From IMG/VR virus record IMGVR_UViG_3300032266_000012, positions 1-24,223 of that record: 24,223 nucleotides of DNA; one strand, written 5' to 3'. The notes beneath the pieces are model-generated. The model was not told the DNA's origin, did no database searches, and saw only the letters and a list, made by a program, of their open reading frames with translations. Positions 20,561 through 24,223 of this stretch are shown piece after piece. Each line of letters opens with the position of its first letter. Position 1 is the stretch's first letter. Made by a program: the position numbers and the translations under genes. This DNA is from a virus. Its lineage: Duplodnaviria; Caudoviricetes.

Positions 20561-23500
20561 ATAATGATGCTATCTCACCTGTGTTTAATACTCTGACTGG
20601 AATATAGATGAATTCAGCTGCCTTGACTGGTTCAATTGCTACATCTACCCATAATTCATTTCTATCTATTCTTGCAGGAGTATTGTTGGAATCGTCACAA
20701 ATTACAAGATAATCGTATATACCTCGTTTTGCAACTAAATCAACCATCAACGTTTGTATAACTGCTTGAATTTGATTACGTGTTAGTGCATCATTTGGTT
20801 CAAATACGAATGGTCTTGCTGCTAATTCTAGTTGTCTACGAACATAAGCAATCAATCTAGCAACATTGGTTCTATCTAAAGCACTTTGACTATCGTAACT
20901 TGTCTTGTTACCGTAATTTAACAATCCAACACCAGTAAAGAATACTAATGGATTGATAAAGTTAATATACAATACATCACGAATCCCTAAACGTGTCTTG
21001 ATAGTTATAAATTCACCTGTAGTACTATCTAAGTAACCAATGTTTGTAGCATTGTCAATATTACCTCTACGTGTGCCTGCTGCTGCTAACCAAGGATAAG
21101 CAATAGTGTCATTACGTAAGAAAGTACGCAACATCATGTGACTTGCTGGTACAGCAACAATATTACCTGATAAGTCTGAAGTCAATCCGCTTGGATAGAA
21201 TAGTCCTAAGTAAGTATTACGTGTTACACAACCTTCTTCACCTGTGCTTGTAGCACCTGCTGCATTAGTTGCCCATGCTTGAATCGCTGTAGCATCTGCT
21301 GGTAATCTCATTGGAGTATCACCTAAGATGTATGCTGTCTCACCGCGATCCGCATTCAATACAACCATATTAGGTTGTAATTCTGGATAGTTAGGTGTAG
21401 CCATCAAGTTAAAGAAGTTGTCTTGGTCACGCAAATCAGTATTAGTATCAATAGCTGAACGCAATGCTTTTACAACCATTTGACGTTGTGCTTTGCGACC
21501 CATATATGGGCTACCATTACTTTGTAAACCACTTACACTTAACCATGTTGCAGTCTCATCTGGTAATGTATCGTCTGGATATTTTGTACCAGTGAAGTAG
21601 TTTAATTGATACTCCTTAACATTGTATCCCGAACGGCGTGTGTTGAACAACAACATACCTGTTGGATATAGTGCAGGATCGGGTGCATCTAAATCTAAAT
21701 AGTCACTAGTTAAAAGACTAGTGATTGTTGGAATAGGATCGTCAACTATATTAGTTACACCATTTGTTGCCCAACGTGCATCAGCAAACAATACACCAGT
21801 CGAACTAGTTTGATTACTGTTGTCAATCAATACCCACATGTCCATCATACTGACTGAATCATACTGCCAACGACTGATAACTGGATAATTCTCTAATGCA
21901 GCAGCACTAGTATCAATCCATAGATCACCGTAAACTAAAGCTGTATCATCACTTTGAGTAGTCGGTTCAGTAGCACTAACTATAGGACCGTTTGGATCAG
22001 TTGCATTTACACCACTGTGAGCAGGGAAGCCATTGGTATCATAGTTTATATTTTTATAACCATTCCATTGGCCATTTGCTTGAACCATGATATCAACTTC
22101 ATCAACAACGCTATAGTACCATGGTGTTCCATTTGCTGGATTTGCAACTGGTGCAATCTCATTGATTGTATATGTTAAATCTTCCCAATTACTTATTTGT
22201 GTACTATACAATGTAATTGCAGTTCCAGAAACTAATGTAACAGCAGTAACACCACCGCTACCATTTACTGAAGCAACTTTAACTACTACATCATTTGTAG
22301 TAGTTGCACCGCCTAATAGTGCTCCGCTTACTGTTAATGTATTACCAACTGCATAACCTGTACCTGCTGTTGTTACTCCGGCGCCAGTAACTTGATAACT
22401 ATTGTACACAGTTGTACCAATATTAACTGTACAATTTGTACCAGCACCGCCTGTAGTAGCTATGCTAGTAAACGTAGTTGGGAATGAAGGTCCTCTTTTA
22501 ACGTAATTAGTAGTACCAGCTATAAATCCAGCTTGAAGTAAGATACCAGCACTTTTTCCTTTATTAGCACCTGCTGTTTGTATATAATCATTTAGTACAA
22601 TTTGTCCACCTTCAGTATGAGTCAATACTACTGCACCGTCGCTATTAACTTCAGCAGAAGTATATTGTATATTTTGTGCAGACCATGCTGTAACAAATTG
22701 TGTAGGGGTGCAATTATCTGGAATAGTCACCGTGTAAGTAGATGATAGTGATGAACTATTTGGAATACTTGTTTGTACATATAAACTAGCTGAACCTAAA
22801 CTATAATTTAGATTAATAATGAAATCAGTTTCAGTTCCTATAGCAATTGTAGGGCCTGTTTCCCCTTTAATATACATCTCTGTAGGTGAACTTAAAAAGA
22901 CTTGGCCTCCAGATGAAGTAGCTAAGGAATTATATTGTCCGTAAATAGTTCCTGCTGGAATAGCTTGACCACCAGTTGCATCTAAACTAGAATCAATAGA
23001 CCAATCATTTAATGCTAGGTTAACCGTTTGTGCTGTCCAAGCAGCAGTTACTGCATTGTATTTTGATATTACAGGATTTAATCCCATGCCGTTCGCACCA
23101 ACTTTGATCCAAACTGAACCAGTTGGATGTGGATATTGTTGACTGCTTGTCCACAATGGCATTTCTGCTGAAGTTCCATATTGAACTTGTGGTTGATAAT
23201 AGATTCCTGTTTCTATTCCTAAATCTTCTAATACTGTGCCTGTCTCACTGACTATTTGAAGATATGGGTTATTGGTAGTATTTTGCATTGAATTTATTAC
23301 TAATTTACCAGAAATATTTCGTGCTTGTAAGAAATAATAATTCAAGTTATTAATAGCTGTTACAAGTCCAGTTACAGTATTATTAGGACCTGCAGGAACA
23401 GTAACAGTAATATTAAATAATCCATTAAAACTCAATACAAAAGAGTCTCCTGCGGTCAATGTAGGACTAGAATTTGTTGTTTGGATAGTTGGCCATGAAC

Positions 23501-24158
23501 GTGCCCAATTTCTAGAACCCAATACTGTCCAGAAATTAAATATAGTTTTATAAAAATATTGATTGCCATCTCCATAGCCTGAACCATAGTTAGGAACAAC
23601 ACAATAATCGCCTATGTTTCCAATACTATCTAATGGGAATCCACCTGATATATAAGCAGTATCATTTATAACGATTGGAGTTTTTTCTGTAAATGTACCA
23701 GTAGTGGCATTGAATTGATAAATTCCATAATCACTGGTAGTTATATTTTGCCAGTATTGATTAGCAGTTGGTGCTCCAGATGGACGTGCAACTGTGCCTA
23801 CAAAAGCTGCTAAATCAATATCTGCTCTTAAGCAATATACACGATTGGTAACACCAAGTGCAGAATATGCAGCTAACAAGCCGTATTCATTTAACTCGTA
23901 ACCTTGAATAGGTGTTCCATTTGTTGTTGTATAGAAGAAAGGTACGCCGTAGAAATCTGACAAATCTTTTTGACTTGTGATTTGATACAATTTTCCTGCG
24001 TTAGCAGCAGTAGTACCAGCAGCTACACCAGTTCCAGACGGATTTGATTTATTTTGTGCTGTTGCGAAAACTACTAGCGGTACTGAATTAGTTGCGGCTG
24101 GTAAGTATTGACTTTGGTCAATGATTGTTACTTGTACGCCTGGAGATGTTAATGCCAT
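20559..24158 (-). CDS. Contractile tail sheath protein (T4 gp18-like) with large internal insertions, 1199 aa
   Basis: N-terminal MALTSPGVQVTIIDQS. C-terminal sheath motifs YPWLAAAGTRRG, INPL, SALDRTNVARL, FVFEPNDALTR and VICDDSNNTPARIDRNELWVDVAIEPVKAAEFIYIP. Confidence 0.95.
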   Translation of the reverse strand: MALTSPGVQVTIIDQSQYLPAATNSVPLVVFATAQNKSNPSGTGVAAGTTAANAGKLYQITSQKDLSDFYGVPFFYTTTNGTPIQGYELNEYGLLAAYSALGVTNRVYCLRADIDLAAFVGTVARPSGAPTANQYWQNITTSDYGIYQFNATTGTFTEKTPIVINDTAYISGGFPLDSIGNIGDYCVVPNYGSGYGDGNQYFYKTIFNFWTVLGSRNWARSWPTIQTTNSSPTLTAGDSFVLSFNGLFNITVTVPAGPNNTVTGLVTAINNLNYYFLQARNISGKLVINSMQNTTNNPYLQIVSETGTVLEDLGIETGIYYQPQVQYGTSAEMPLWTSSQQYPHPTGSVWIKVGANGMGLNPVISKYNAVTAAWTAQTVNLALNDWSIDSSLDATGGQAIPAGTIYGQYNSLATSSGGQVFLSSPTEMYIKGETGPTIAIGTETDFIINLNYSLGSASLYVQTSIPNSSSLSSTYTVTIPDNCTPTQFVTAWSAQNIQYTSAEVNSDGAVVLTHTEGGQIVLNDYIQTAGANKGKSAGILLQAGFIAGTTNYVKRGPSFPTTFTSIATTGGAGTNCTVNIGTTVYNSYQVTGAGVTTAGTGYAVGNTLTVSGALLGGATTTNDVVVKVASVNGSGGVTAVTLVSGTAITLYSTQISNWEDLTYTINEIAPVANPANGTPWYYSVVDEVDIMVQANGQWNGYKNINYDTNGFPAHSGVNATDPNGPIVSATEPTTQSDDTALVYGDLWIDTSAAALENYPVISRWQYDSVSMMDMWVLIDNSNQTSSTGVLFADARWATNGVTNIVDDPIPTITSLLTSDYLDLDAPDPALYPTGMLLFNTRRSGYNVKEYQLNYFTGTKYPDDTLPDETATWLSVSGLQSNGSPYMGRKAQRQMVVKALRSAIDTNTDLRDQDNFFNLMATPNYPELQPNMVVLNADRGETAYILGDTPMRLPADATAIQAWATNAAGATSTGEEGCVTRNTYLGLFYPSGLTSDLSGNIVAVPASHMMLRTFLRNDTIAYPWLAAAGTRRGNIDNATNIGYLDSTTGEFITIKTRLGIRDVLYINFINPLVFFTGVGLLNYGNKTSYDSQSALDRTNVARLIAYVRRQLELAARPFVFEPNDALTRNQIQAVIQTLMVDLVAKRGIYDYLVICDDSNNTPARIDRNELWVDVAIEPVKAAEFIYIPVRVLNTGEIASL

Positions 24159-24210
24159 TTTATTTTTCCTTTAGTAAAATTATGAGGTTTACAACCTGAT
24201 TGCATACTAT

Positions 24211-24218
24211 TATTTATG
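24211..24218 (-). promoter_or_regulatory. Late promoter motif CATAAATA upstream of the sheath gene
   Basis: About 52 nt upstream of the sheath ATG, followed by a leader with a small hairpin and SD AAAGGA. Confidence 0.65.
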
Positions 24219-24223
24219 ATTAA

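Noticed and set aside
14124-22356. Short plus-strand and alternate-frame ORFs overlapping the head and tail genes
   Set aside because: They overlap well-supported genes, have no recognisable motifs and mostly use non-ATG starts
18535-24158. Bacterial contractile injection system (eCIS/tailocin/T6SS) instead of a phage
   Set aside because: A head-completion gene, candidate head-internal proteins and T4-type late promoters indicate a true phage

Overview
This is an AT-rich, densely packed virion morphogenesis module of a large T4-like (contractile-tailed) dsDNA phage, with every real gene on the minus strand. Transcribed right to left it encodes: an oversized tail sheath (1199 aa); a gp19-like tail tube; a tube-like paralog; a hypothetical protein; a gp4-like head-completion nuclease; a possible small terminase; a protein with a T4-like capsid-targeting N-terminus; an 850-aa charged modular protein with many candidate prohead-protease sites; a 1522-aa repeat-rich fibre protein; a GH19 peptidoglycan hydrolase; an Ig-repeat structural protein; a 426-aa structural protein; and a giant (>1605 aa) Gly-X-Thr collagen-like fibre that runs off the left edge and is missing from the ORF track. 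A (GA/C)TAAATA late-promoter motif precedes seven genes, and two terminator-like hairpins are visible. The most notable candidates are the putative protease-processed head polyprotein (with its capsid-targeted neighbour), the nearly proline-free Thr-collagen with interspersed globular domains, module shuffling among the structural proteins, and possible leaderless late mRNAs. All family calls come from motif recognition by eye; no database search was run.
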